A stretch of DNA of 64,000 nt from the human T2T-CHM13v2.0 reference genome, Homo sapiens (GCF_009914755.1 NC_060931.1), one strand, 5' to 3'. Shown: positions 1 through 21,355, numbered from the stretch's first letter. Notes: a model not told the origin generated them from the sequence alone. A program made the numbers and translations.

Positions 1-2207
1 CCCACCAAATATAGGAACATTGTGATTAAAAGGAGTCTGAGTAATAGTAGTGGTTAGTTGAATATTTTGCTTACCTCAGGGTTAACAAATCATTTTTTTG
101 ATTCAGTTTGTTGAAAAATATTTCTAAAACAACTTTTAAGCTGTAGTAAATGAAGTGAATTGAATATATGAAAGATGTCTCAGTGCTTCACTCTGTCCAG
201 TTAGGTTGATATAAGAGGCAACAGATATTGAGCTGAATTAAGTAGGACCTTAGGAGATGCCGTATAAAAAGTTTCTTAAGTAAATCTCTCATATTAGTGT
301 GCATTCTTATCAATTGCCATTTTTCAAGAAAAAGTAGCATAAAAATAGATTGTAGGCTAATTAAAAGTTCTGATAAGTCGGGTTGATTGTTCATCAAGGC
401 TTTTTACCATGTTAGTCTGTGTTCTCTGGAACAGTTGAGAGACAAATGCATAAGCATTTTAGAAAGACCAAATGTGAAGCCATACTCCAAATATTCAACA
501 TCACTGCAGTTATTTTTGAGTTTATCAAGATGTGATTACAGGAGAGTCTTACTGTAGTCCTGCTTTTATGTTTCCAAGGTGTTTGTACATGGACTTTCCT
601 CTTTTCCAATAGCCAAACTTGTTTGGATGTGATCCAAGATGTACCAAAAGGTATTGAAAATTAAATGTAAGAGTAGTCTTCTAGCAATATTGCACCATTC
701 CCAGGCAGTTTCCAACGTGCATCAGCATGTCTGTCTCCAGTGGAACAAGATAACTTCCAGCCCCTGAACCCCTGGGGAAACTCCTTCCCTCTTTACTGTA
801 TGTTGTTGCCACTGTAGGAGAAATCTCTCCTCTGCCTGACTCTGCAGCTGCTTTACCCAGAACCTCAGGAGGAACTCTGAGTCCAGAGCCAGGCTGAGTT
901 CAGCCAGGCAAGTCTGGCCTTGGGGCTGTATATATCTGTCTCAGACATCGTCTGTGTTTTCATATATTTTTTGACTTTTTAAAAGATGACCCAGACCACA
1001 ATAGTATGTTCTATTTTTGTTTTGTTGTGTTGTGTTTTTCCATTACATTGCTTAGTACAGTATTTCTAGGATAGAAAATTTGCTTTCTTGGTCTGCCTTG
1101 GAACATACCTACCAATTACAACATTGATTTTCCATAAAAATTGAGTTTAAAGTTCCAACTTGCAAATGAACTTTTGGATAGCCATCCATTTGTTAGTGGG
1201 AAAGTGTGTCTGATTTAGGTATTTTCTTAGTAAATAACCACTAAAATGAATGTTTAAATATCTTATTTTGCTTAAGTCAGGGATCTCACTGTACTGTAAT
1301 AACCGTTTGGGTACACCACTGATTGATAACTTAATGCAGATAGTGGAGGATTAACATAAACTGTGTGCTTGTTACATCCTCAATGAAAACAAAACTAATG
1401 GTTTAAAATGTCCTAGTGTCACCACAAGATGGTGCATGTGACGAGGAAAAAAAACATGTCTTAATATGGTTTCAAACCAAAATCCATATATTTGTTTAAT
1501 CTGTAGTTGTACTCTAACTGTATATATATTTTTTTCTCATATTTAACTCCCTTCTACAAAGAATAGCAACATCAGATTTTAATACAGGATACCAAATAGC
1601 TATTGCTGTTGCTATTCCCTGGTTGTATACCTGCCCTCATTGACTATTAGTGGGTCTTAGATTTTGACTTCATCCAGGCTTATTTCGTAAGTTCAGGACC
1701 ATCCTATTTCATACCTCCTGTTCCTATTTTTCTAATTGAAACTTCATTGACATTGGAGCCAGGTGTTTTTTTCCTAACACTTATTCCTAGTGTTGCTGAT
1801 AGCCAGTCAGGCCAGATGAGATCTGATAGTGACCTCCACGGAGTGCACTAAAGAAGGGTCAGAAGTCTCCTTTACTCTTTCAACCCCAGAGGCCTTAATT
1901 TATTAATAGCATCTCTTTGAAAAAGACAATCTCTGCATATTCAAGAAATGTTACCAGTGGACACTGCTGAGGATTGGAAGGGGCCAAAAGCATGGTGGCT
2001 TTTGTTTTTACCTTGTTCTCTTTTGCATTACTTAAAATTTTTATCATGACCAAGTAGTAATTTTCTAAAAATAAATATTTGATAAAAACAGTAAAATTAA
2101 GCAAAGTATTATGTCATCCTCAAATAAATTAGTATCTACAACATGATCAAAGAAATTGTGACTATACAGGATATTTGCATAAAAGACCAAAAAGAAAATA
2201 CTAAAAC

Positions 2208-2533
<326 letters not shown>

Positions 2534-2773
2534 TTATGTAAATATGGGTAAATTTTCTTTTTCTTTGTGGTTTTCTATTTTTTTGAAAGTGCTATGGTAA
2601 ACATCTGTTGCCTTTGTAATAAAAAATTTTTCTAAAATAATATCCAGGTTCCTTCCCAGCTCTAAAGTGAAGAGCACATTTGTCCCATTTCCCTGAGTTA
2701 GTACCCCCCTCTATGCTTATTTTAGTTCCAGGTATCTTGTAGAAAGTATGGTTTCACATGGCCTTTGTTTTTA

Positions 2774-3208
2774 AAAGACTTGGAACCAACCCGAATGTCC
2801 AACAATGATAGACTGGATTAAGAAAATGTGGCACATATACACCATGGAATACTATGCAGCCATAAAAAATGATGAGTTCATGTCCTTTGTAGGGACATGG
2901 ACAAAATTGGAAATCATCATTCTCAGTAAACTATCGCAAGAACAAAAAACCAAACACTGTATATTCTCACTCATAGGTGGGAATTGAACAATGAGAACAC
3001 ATGGACACAGGAAGGGGAACATCACACTCTGGGGACTGTTGTGGGGTGGGGGGATGGGGGAGGGATAGCATTGGGAGATATACCTAATGCTAGATGACGA
3101 GTTAGTGGGTGCAGTGCACCAGCATGGCACAAGTATACATATGTAACTAACCTGCACATTGTGCACATGTACCCTAAAACTTAAGAATAATAATTAATAA
3201 ATTAAAAA
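2774..3208 (+). mobile_element. 5'-truncated young L1 (L1PA2-like) 3' end
   Basis: ORF2 C-terminus [17 protein letters not shown]...; 3' UTR with gatgacGAGttagtggg; (TAA)-rich tail. Confidence 0.92.
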
Positions 3209-3325
3209 GAGGCATTCTATTTGAGTCTTGTTATTACTGACTTTTCAGTTATAAGTGATAAGAATGCTGATATTTTAGCTAGTCACCCATTAGATAACAT
3301 TTATTTGCTTATTATTTATATCATT

Positions 3326-3445
3326 GCTGGGCATGGTGGCTCATTGCCTGTAATCCTAGTTACTTTGGGAGGCCAAAGTGAGAGGATTGCTTGAGGCCAG
3401 GAGTTCAAGACCAGCTTCAGCAATATAGTGAGACCCCCATCTCAA
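3326..3445 (+). mobile_element. FLAM_C-like Alu monomer
   Basis: Left monomer only. Confidence 0.8.
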
Positions 3446-3710
3446 TCAATCAACCGATCTATCAGTTTTTATCACTGTGCTTATTTATATGATTGTAAAA
3501 CACTTTCACATTAAAAGATAACCTCAAAAATTCATGGTAGCTTACCAAAAGGGGCCATATTGTTATTTATTTAGTCTTGGTAACCAAACAGTTCCAAAAT
3601 TTTTACTGTTTAAGTAGAAATGAGCTGAGCTTTGAGAGATTTTTTTGTTGTTGTTTTAAAGATTATATTTCTTTATTTCTTTTTTGTCGGGGGTGAAGAT
3701 GGGGTCTAAG

Positions 3711-3879
3711 GGTCTCACTATATTGCCCAGGCTGGAGTGCAGTGGCTGTTCACAGGCACAATCATAGCTTACTACATCCTTGAACTTGAACATCCTTGAG
3801 ATGGGAAGGCTCAAGAGATCCTCCCCCGCTCAGCTTCCCAAGTACCTAGGACTACAGGCCGACACCATCATGCCTGGCC
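3711..3879 (-). mobile_element. FAM / 7SL-derived monomer
   Basis: Retains the 7SL-type gtggctgttcacaggc segment absent from dimeric Alus. Confidence 0.7.
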
Positions 3880-3978
3880 ATACTTCACTTACCAGTAATC
3901 ATAATGAAGATAGTGTATTTAACAGATGTTAAGCTTACCAACTGTTCAGATGTGCATGTGAATTGGGGGTAGATTGTG

Positions 3979-4184
3979 AAGACATTTGCAATATTCTATC
4001 TCCCTGACATTATAATTGGGAAAAATTAGGTTTAAATAACCGTGTGATAGAAAACCTGTATCTCTGTGATAGGTTCTCTAAGAGTGGTACAAGACATTTG
4101 CAATATTCTCTCTATCTCCCTAACGATGTAATTGGAAAAATGAGGTTTAAATAACACTGTTCTATGATAGGTTCTCTAAGAGTG
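3979..4184. repeat. Imperfect tandem duplication (~110-bp unit x2)
   Basis: aagacatttgcaatattct...aggtttaaataac...tgataggttctctaagagtg at 3979-4086 and 4091-4184. Confidence 0.85.
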
Positions 4185-4384
4185 CTGCCAAGTGTTATAA
4201 GAGTTCAGAATGAGACCTTTAAAGTAGAATGAACGGAGAAGGTTTCCTGGAGTAGAGAGAATTTGAGCCAGGCCTGGAAGCTTAGGCAGGACTTTAACAG
4301 GAAGACATGGTGAGAGAACAGCATGCCTGAGAGAGAAAATTCATGCTTGCCAGTCTGAGATAAGCCAGTATCATCTTCTTTCAG

Positions 4385-4456
4385 GTGCAAGTTTTGAAAC
4401 TGCTTTTGAATTTGTCTGAAAATCCAGCCATGACAGAAGGACTTCTCCGTGCCCAA
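4385..4456 (+). CDS. ARMC10: ARMC10 penultimate coding exon (72 nt, VQVLKLLLNLSENPAMTEGLLRAQ)
   Basis: Acceptor tcttctttcag|GTG at 4385 and donor CAA|gtaaat after 4456. The 24 codons match the ARMC10 armadillo-like region and join the next exon in frame. Confidence 0.95.
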
Positions 4457-5406
4457 GTAAATAGCTTATATATTTATTTTGTAAATATACACATATATAC
4501 ATTTGAACAGACAGACAGATCTGGAAAGATTAAGCCTAAAATGTTAACAGGGATTCTCTCTGAGGAGCAGTATTAAAGGTGGTTTTTTAAATTCATTTTG
4601 TATGTATGAATTTCCTAAATTTTTTGCAATGAGCCTCTTTTACTTTTGAAAAACATTTTTAAAAATTCACCCTAGCAACAATAAATTATAACTTTTTTCT
4701 CTACCCAATTTTGGGTACAATTGTGCCATCCCATATTTTATACTTGAACTGTTTGTGTTTACATGTATCTTAGTATCCACTGAAACAGCAGTACTGAGTC
4801 CCCAGCATATGCTAGATGAGACACACCAGTGAGCACAGCGTGACATGGTACATGTCCTCATGAAGCTTACAGTCTAGTGGAGAGACAAAAATATATAACA
4901 AGTGAACAAGGTAATTAAAAGCTGTGATAAGTGTTCTGAATGCTGGGATAGAATGGAGCTCCACTCCTGTAGAAGAGGAACCATCGTATTCATCTGCTCA
5001 TCCCTATTCCCCACCCAGCTCTGTGCCCTGTGGTGTATGGGCACTAAATGTTTGATGAAATAATGAGTTCCCATGAAAACCGTATGATGATCTTAAAAAA
5101 GAAAATGGTTGTTTTTCCCAAATAACCACATTCTAAAATTCCAAGGAAATTGTATTTTTCCAGCTGAAACACTCCCTTTTTTCCATTAGTATTACAGCGT
5201 GGGGGTACATAAGGTTTTATACATCTAAGTTATGCAATTTTGGGTTTTCTATGACAAAATTTTTTTAATGTGAGATACATTTTAAATGTGAATTTAAAAA
5301 TTTTAAAATGTGAGTTATTCAATGTAGTTTTAAAATGTTAAAATATACATGAAAAAGTTTTCATATATTATTAATATAAAATAATACTCATTGTTTCATA
5401 TTTCAG

Positions 5407-5661
5407 GTGGATTCATCATTCCTTTCCCTTTATGACAGCCACGTAGCAAAGGAGATTCTTCTTCGAGTACTTACGCTATTTCAGAATATAAAGAACTGCC
5501 TCAAAATAGAAGGCCATTTAGCTGTGCAGCCTACTTTCACTGAAGGTTCATTGTTTTTCCTGTTACATGGAGAAGAATGTGCCCAGAAAATAAGAGCTTT
5601 AGTTGATCACCATGATGCAGAGGTGAAGGAAAAGGTTGTAACAATAATACCCAAAATCTGA
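5407..5661 (+). CDS. ARMC10: ARMC10 last coding exon (VDSSFLSLYDSHVAKE...KVVTIIPKI*)
   Basis: Acceptor atatttcag|GTG at 5407 and TGA at 5659-5661. The translation is the recognised ARMC10 C-terminus. Confidence 0.96.
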   Translation: MDSSFLSLYDSHVAKEILLRVLTLFQNIKNCLKIEGHLAVQPTFTEGSLFFLLHGEECAQKIRALVDHHDAEVKEKVVTIIPKI

Positions 5662-6297
5662 TTGGTCATATTTTTCCAAAGAGTAATGCAGTCTGGATAT
5701 AAATGTATTTTCTGTCTTCCTTATAAGGGGATTCTCCCAGCTGCTAAATTTAAACAGTAAATATCACATTTTGTCATTAACACAGCTATAACTTGCCGTG
5801 GTTCTCAGATTTATTTTGGACTATTTTGATGCCAAGTGAATATAAGAGTTTGTACTGAAACCATTTATTTCTTTCTATTTTGCTATTTGCAAATGCTTGT
5901 TATCTTCCCTACATGAAGTGGCAGTAACCTTTTTCACATTTAAGCTACCCTTCTACCTTTTGAAGTGATTTGCAGTTACTCATCTGAGACAGCATCAGTA
6001 TTTGACTAAATCATTGTTTCACAACTGAATAGTCTTGTTCTTTTAGTAGCAATGAAATCCTAAGCTCTTGAGGCCATTCACCTGCCAACCTGACCATACT
6101 GCTTTCAAAAGTCTTTTCTCATCAGTAGAATCTATTTTGGTCACTTCTAGTCAATGAAAAATGTAAACTTTTAGGAGAGAATGTTTCCTAGGACTCACCC
6201 ACTCCATTCAATGTTACATATAAAATAGTGTGATCAATCACAATGTCCATCTTTAGACAGTTGGTTAAATAAATTATCTGGTCTTTGAAAAGACCGT

Positions 6298-6614
<317 letters not shown>

Positions 6615-6681
6615 TTAAGTGGAAAGATATCTATGAAATATGGTGGTTTTTTAAAACACAAAAATTATAGAATATGGGATC

Positions 6682-6683
<2 letters not shown>

Positions 6684-6737
<54 letters not shown>
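6684..6737 (+). repeat. (GT)27 microsatellite
   Basis: Perfect dinucleotide run. Confidence 0.98.
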
Positions 6738-6740
<3 letters not shown>

Positions 6741-6883
6741 AATGAAAAATGCTTATGTATTGACAGAACACTTCTAGAATGATACCCAAACTCCTGGAGT
6801 GGGAGTGGGGAATGCCTTCTACGTACACACTGTTCTACTGTTTGAATTTTTTAATATGAGCCCAAATTGTATAATCTTTTTTT

Positions 6884-6889
6884 AATAAA
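6884..6889 (+). terminator. ARMC10: ARMC10 polyadenylation signal AATAAA
   Basis: Canonical hexamer with U-rich upstream sequence and a T-rich stretch downstream (~6920-6930). Confidence 0.7.
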
Positions 6890-6940
6890 GGGGAGAAAAA
6901 TCACTTACAAGGTTATACATATTTTTTCCCTTGACAGTAC

Positions 6941-6946
6941 TTTATT
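6941..6946 (-). terminator. NAPEPLD: NAPEPLD distal polyadenylation signal AATAAA
   Basis: tttatt on + strand; lies at the end of the AT-rich 3.6-kb segment downstream of the NAPEPLD stop. Confidence 0.6.
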
Positions 6947-9450
6947 AATTTTCATCCATATTTTACTTGACTAAAAATACAATGTATGAAAATTTATCTT
7001 TAATAGCATTTTCCATAAGCTACTATAACAATTTATTGATACATCTGGGATTCAGCCAGGTCTTATAGTATTTAAATTTATAACCCCTGCCATGCTTAGC
7101 ATTAAGTAAATCAGTATGCAAGCAGTATTTAAGGCAAAGCTTTAAGAATACTTTAAATTTCATTTGTAAATACATAGATGCAAGACTGTTTCCATAGGAA
7201 GTCACAAATCCTCAAACAGAAATATGTGTGTTCTCAATGTTACCCTGATACAGAAATCAAACTTGGAAGAAATATTTTTACATTAGAAAAAGGACTCAGT
7301 ATAAGGTGAAAACAAAATTCCCAGTGGGCTAGACATGAACAAAAGTATTCATTCCCCAAAAGGCACATTTCTTTATAACAGTTTTTTCAAATCTACCTCC
7401 CTATTTAATGAAAGCATATTCATTAAATATGAAACTATGCATACATTAAAAACCAGGATTTGTTTTTAATGTGCTTTAGCAGCAGTAGATTCTAAAACTG
7501 TGTCTTCTTGTCCTCTCATTAGTTTGAATAATCACACTCCCTAGAGATCAGAGCATTGAGTCTGAAATGTCAAAATGCTAGAGAAAAGAGGGAGTAATTT
7601 TTAACTACCCAGAAAGAAGATGCACAAATACATCTTTTCCTACGTAGGTCACGGCATATGTTGGCTTTTATAATTTGGGATTTCTCCTAATTGATGACCC
7701 ACCCTATTGGGCAGTGAGGCATAGCAAAGTGTTCCTCAGTTATCACAGGAAACTTCAATAAAATCTTACATATTGCTATGGGTATTCACAAAGAGGAAAA
7801 TGAAGTTGACTTAGAGGATAAGACTGATTAAAAGACACTACAATGCATATTAGACTGAATTGAAGAAGAGAATGGATTTGTCTTATTTTTCAAAATTTGT
7901 TTTCACTTTGCACATAAACCCTTCAAAATGTAGATAACAAATGAAAAATAAAGTGGAACCCACTCAATAAGGTGAGATTCTGTAAGCAGAGATGAAGCTT
8001 GATGTTCTTAATGAATAGTGTCAGTGTAGAAAGAACATGAGTGGTAATAAAAAATTACAGCTTACAAAAGGGCCTAGAAAAATGAGGCAGGCCAGACGAG
8101 TGGAAATAGAACACAACAGTTTAAAGTGCTTTGAGACCCTCAGTTAAACAGTACACGTGAATACAAAATAATGTTAAGGCCATTCATGGAGAAGAAATAC
8201 TTAAGCAAGACATACCTGGCTTGCTTCATAGAGAAGAGGTAAGAGATGGATTTTCAATTCGGCGTGCAGCAGCAGGGAATATGGCTACAACAACGCTGGC
8301 TAGTATTAGGGCAACACACCTCAAAGCTAACTCACCATAAACCTAACATCTTGATTCACATCTGCTTGGAGTGAAAAAGTTTATGATCAGTCTTTTCAGG
8401 AAGGTTTATTTTATGGGGGATTTTTTTGTGCTTTAGTACCCCAAAATCACATATGTTCGCATACATCATATACACACACATTGCATACACATTTCCCCTT
8501 GACTGATTCGCATCTTTGTAGATAAACACTAAATTTTGATAAAGATTATTTACACTTATTTAGGCTATTACTCCAATTTAAAAATCAGTGAAAGTTTTCA
8601 ATGTTTAGTCTCCTAATATATAATGCTTAAATTTGCAACAGGAACAATACATTATCAAAAGCATTAACCTGTATTTAGCTTTCAAATATACCTGTCTATA
8701 TTAGGCAGTGATATCTTAAGAAATCATTTTCTCCCTTATATTTTCTAAAGTGCTTTAAAAACTCATTTAATCTACACATTTTTCAGAGGTAGGTCGGAAT
8801 TATCCTCTTGTTGCAAATGAGGAAACAGGCACAGTGAGCATTGGTGACTTGTTTCAGGTTACACAAAAAAATCCATGATGAAAGCAGGGTAAAAGTTCAG
8901 ATTTAGTGGCTAACATGGCACCACACATACAGGTGTGCAAATAAATTATAGAGCACTGCCTGGGTAGCATTTGGTGTAGAAAACCTATTTTGATTATTTT
9001 GTATGAATAAAGTGCTGAGACTGGATTAGGAATACAGAATGGGCCTCCAGTGGTATCTAATCCACCTCCCTCCCTTAGGAAGGGTCAGAATAATCAAGTG
9101 AATACAGAGTCCTTATTAGGACTAAATCTTATGTCAACTGACTCCCCCCCCCGCCCCCCAACCACTGGCATTCATACTGGCTTACCAAAAGAATCATGCT
9201 TAAGGTTCATTTAATATAAAAATGTAAGACATCTGAATCAGGTAAAAAAAATTATAAATCTGATTGATATATTTAGAGCTAAGAGACTCCAGGAAAAAAA
9301 AAATGTGTAGAGAAAATTAAAAACAAATTTAATTCAAAGAATATGGTCTATTAACATTTTGTCTGTAAAATATTTCATTGTAGCTGTATTTGTGCTTAGA
9401 AGATCTTCTAGATTTAAAAACAGAAAATGGCATAAATCATATTCTCATAG

Positions 9451-9755
<305 letters not shown>

Positions 9756-10195
9756 AAGAGGTCTTTTGGGAATTGTAGACGTGCAATAGAATATACTGTT
9801 CCCTCTCATCTGAAGGCTCTAGGAAAAAAAGAATATACTGTTCTTTTAAAAATTTAAGTGAATGGTGGTCATGGGTGCATTAATGCGAAAGAACTGTACA
9901 CTTAAAAATGGTTAAAATGGTAAATGTTTAAAATGGCAAATATGTATTTATATATTTTACCACAATAGAGAAAATCAAGTCTTTAAAAATGATAGCCCCT
10001 ATGTTTTTATGCTTACCTAAATAAACCATATTTAATATTTGGCATATAAGCTAATTTGATAGAGCAAGAATTGCTATGTTTATAATAAGCATGTTGGACT
10101 GAATTTCATCATTTATTAGAATGTGCATATAAGAAAGATACTTGTATTTGTAGGCCTCTGAAAAACATCTAGGTAGGTAGAGAGCCTTGACTCAC

Positions 10196-10208
10196 CTTGC
10201 CGAAGGTC
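10196..10208 (-). other. Putative 13-nt microexon GACCTTCGGCAAG in the NAPEPLD 3' UTR
   Basis: Minus strand reads atttttcttttttccattcttcag|GACCTTCGGCAAG|gtgagt, with near-consensus splice sites on both sides. Confidence 0.5.
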
Positions 10209-10573
10209 CTGAAGAATGGAAAAAAGAAAAATGAATCTTCAATATCGGTTTTTCACCTCAGGAAATTCTAGTACCACAAAAATATAATGTTTTAGTAAAA
10301 ACATTTCCATTGCAGTGCTTATATCATGATATGAAATTTAAAATCCACATTAGCCAATTCATTATTTAAATGACCCACCCCTGAACCCTCTCATAGTGTA
10401 CATGAGCTGATCATACTAGGAAGCAAGTTATTACACAAAACATAAAACATAAACTTGCAGAAGTTGTTTCCAAATGTAAAATAATCACAATATTCATGAA
10501 TTTCTAAGTCTTTTCATTTGTTTTTAAACTTAGATGATGCCTTTTTCATTAAAAGTGCCTGTGCTCACATTTA

Positions 10574-10699
10574 TTAAAAGTTTTCATCATTATTATTTAG
10601 GTATCTTGATTCTCCATGCTTCAAGACAAAAAAATCTTCAGCGTTAAGTCCGTATCTCTCTAGAGCTTCATTCAGCTTCACTGGAGGCTCTAAGTAATG
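10574..10699 (-). CDS. NAPEPLD: NAPEPLD last coding exon ([41 protein letters not shown])
   Basis: Polypyrimidine tract then ggccag|CAT at 10699 and TAA at 10576-10574. Its 126 nt complete a 1182-nt CDS (294+647+115+126). Confidence 0.96.
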   Translation of the reverse strand, partial: HYLEPPVKLNEALERYGLNAEDFFVLKHGESRYLNNNDENF

Positions 10700-11209
10700 C
10701 TGGCCAAAGAGAAAGAAGAAAAATAGAAAAAGATTAAACATATATTTGGGAGATTTTCCAAATAACAGTTCAAACTAAAATAACCAACAGATGCCTAGTT
10801 AGAATTAGGCCCTTTCTTTTAATTGAAGCATTAGCAAATGGGTCTATCACATTTTCTAATACAGTTTTGAGTCATGAATTAAGTCAACAGGTATTTGGTT
10901 GGATAGAAATCATGCCAACACCATGTATGTGAAATTTGGTGCCATCTTACTTTGAACATCACTGGATTGCATGAAATCATCACGGTTTCACCATATGAAA
11001 TTCCAATCTAGATGGAATCAGTGCCAAAGATGATGTTATTAGAGAATTACATGTTACTAACATTTTTGAAAAATATAGAAATCAAATTGTGGTGTGTGTG
11101 TGTGTGTAACCAAATGCTAGAGCAAATTGTTTTGCTGAAGAAGGGTTGTTATCCTCAAAAAGTCTAGTCACATACAGAAACCACAGTCTACAGAATGAAA
11201 GAGGATCCC

Positions 11210-11630
11210 AGAGAATATGAAGGTTGAGCTCTGTGTGGCAAAGAGGAGTCAAGATTTTGCCCTGAGGAATTGCTAAATGGGAGTCACCCTTTACTGAGAT
11301 GTTTGAAAAGTAAGCTTGAGGGAAGATGAGAAAGTTTAATTTCAGACTTTAGTTCTAGGTACCTAATGGATATCCAAGTGGAGATGTGAAGGAGACAGTT
11401 GGATATATAAATGTGGATTATAGAAGAAAAACATCTGAGCTAGAGAGGAACAGCAGATAGGTGGTATTTGAAGCCATAAGACTGGATGCGATTCCCAAGG
11501 GAGAAACCAACTACAGAAGAGAAGAGGTCCGTGGACTGACTTCTACGGCACGCACTGTTCAGAGCAAGCGGAGAGGAGGGACTAGCAACAGAGAATAAGG
11601 GACAGCCAATGATGTGCAAGGAAAACCAGG
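11210..11630 (-). mobile_element. L2 fragment
   Basis: tatccaagtggagatgt..cagttggatata..tatttgaagccat..gactggatg L2 motif. Confidence 0.65.
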
Positions 11631-12794
11631 CAAGTTTCCTGAGCCCTTAAATGCACAGGTTTGGTAACAGTTGTTGGCCACACACAGGTCATCCTTTTCC
11701 CCCTTGCTCAGTTCCAGGTTTTATGGCTATGTTTAAAGATAAAGGATACCTTTCAACTGACTACTGAGTAAGTTTGGTTTTAACTGTATGCTGGTTATCC
11801 AATATTCCTAGAGCTAACCCCTTAGTAATGGATAGTTGATAACAGGAATTTACTTTTAGTCTATTTTATATATAAAGAAAAAAGATCACTAATTATATTA
11901 CAAATAAAATTTAACTTTATACCCTAAGTCAAGAAATTTCCCCTGAAATAATTTCCTAAATTATTTTAAGAGATTTCAAAATGATGAGCTTTTTTCCCAT
12001 TGAAAAATAACTTCTTTTGTTAAATTCTCTTTCTCCCATGCTGTACACGTCTGGGCTAACAGTACACACTCACAGAATCACCCTACGTCAGTAACTTATT
12101 TGCTAAGCTATAACTTTAGTGTGGAGGGCGATGTTTGCGTTTAGTGAGAATTCTGATATGTTAGAGTTGGCAGTAGACCCTCTGTCTTTAATCTGCCTAG
12201 ATTTAGCAGTATCTTTCTGAGTTTCTTCACAGACCAATTCTTCGCTGTTTCAACCATCTGGAAGATAACCCTGGAGGTAGGTCTGAAAGGCTTCTGAGTG
12301 ACTGAGAGCTCACAGTCCAAGCACTTTAGTCCAGAAGGGAGATAAAAATGCCCCATAACCATGGGACAAAACAACTACATATAAAGCAAAACAGCAGATC
12401 AGAGATCAATATGAGTAAATGGGAAAAGCAGAAGACTCCGAGCATTCTGGATCCATTAGGGTCTAGGCAGCTAGCCACACACAACTCGTAAATTCCTGAA
12501 GGGGTCAGTTTCATGATATACAACAATAGAATATATTCAAAGTAAAGACCCGGATCACTTGAAAGGCAATGTACATATTATGTAATGCTTGAAACTCGTT
12601 TCCATCAAAACTAGTAATTTAAGTTTTAGTGCTTAAATATATGTAGGAAATGCACTCATCATTCCCTAGATAAATTAGATGTTGCCATATATGCAATTTT
12701 AGAGTATTGCCAAGTTAAGGACATCCTTAATCTGCTTATATTACACGAGGCAGCTACTATAACAGCATATATGCAAAGAGTGTTAAAGTGTTTA

Positions 12795-19900
<7,106 letters not shown>

Positions 19901-20710
19901 AGAAGTAAAGGGTAACATATCCTCTCTGAAGATTATATCTGCTTTATAATTCAACTAACTCATAGTTATGAGGTTTATTCAACATCAAAACATGAACAAA
20001 TTCCAAAATGCTGAAAGTCAAATGAGTTTTTATTAACATTCTCATTAAGAAATAAAGATGGCGGTTAGGTTTATAACAGGAATAATTCTTGAAGGCTGAA
20101 TAACACAATAATTCTCAAAGACAGGATTTTTTAATCCTCTCTCATCTTCCCCATCTCAGTAAAGAGCACAACTGTCTAACCAGCTATTGAAGCTAAAAAT
20201 CTAGGAGTCAACCTTGATTCCTTTCTTTGCATAGGTTTAATAAAATACCATTACTTCATCTAAGTCCCATATATATGGAATATACATAATGGAATATGTG
20301 CATACACGCACACATATATAGATGGAATAAGAAATTGTCACTGAAAACCAGTCTTAAACTTCTCCCTTCTCCAAATACGCACCCACACACCCACATTTAT
20401 ATTCTCATTTATCCTCCCCACAACCCTATGGTTAGTCATTATTCTATTCCTTCTCCCAACAATGGCCAAGAATTGCTGCATTGTGGCTCAGGGTTGCTGC
20501 CTCATGGCACAGGAATTTTGATTAGGGAGTGGGGGAATGGGCAGGCGGTGTATTAGGTAATTTTGGAACACACTGCATCTTTGGGAGAGGGCAGGCCATA
20601 AGTGAGACAGAGGAGTAACTAAAACTGCAAGAAAACACTGAGTTCCTGCAGAGAGGCTCTGGGATGTGGAAGATGCCACAGAAAGTAAAGAAGCCAAGTC
20701 CTAACCACAC

Positions 20711-21355
<645 letters not shown>

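Noticed and set aside
188-660. Two short minus-strand ORFs at the window start
   Set aside because: No recognisable protein similarity or convincing splice sites; ARMC10 intron.
1080-1210. Possible Tigger-like DNA transposon fragment
   Set aside because: Similarity is too degenerate to call without a profile search.
9143-9159. C-rich run (G-run in NAPEPLD 3' UTR) as a G-quadruplex
   Set aside because: Just one short low-complexity tract; nothing supports function.
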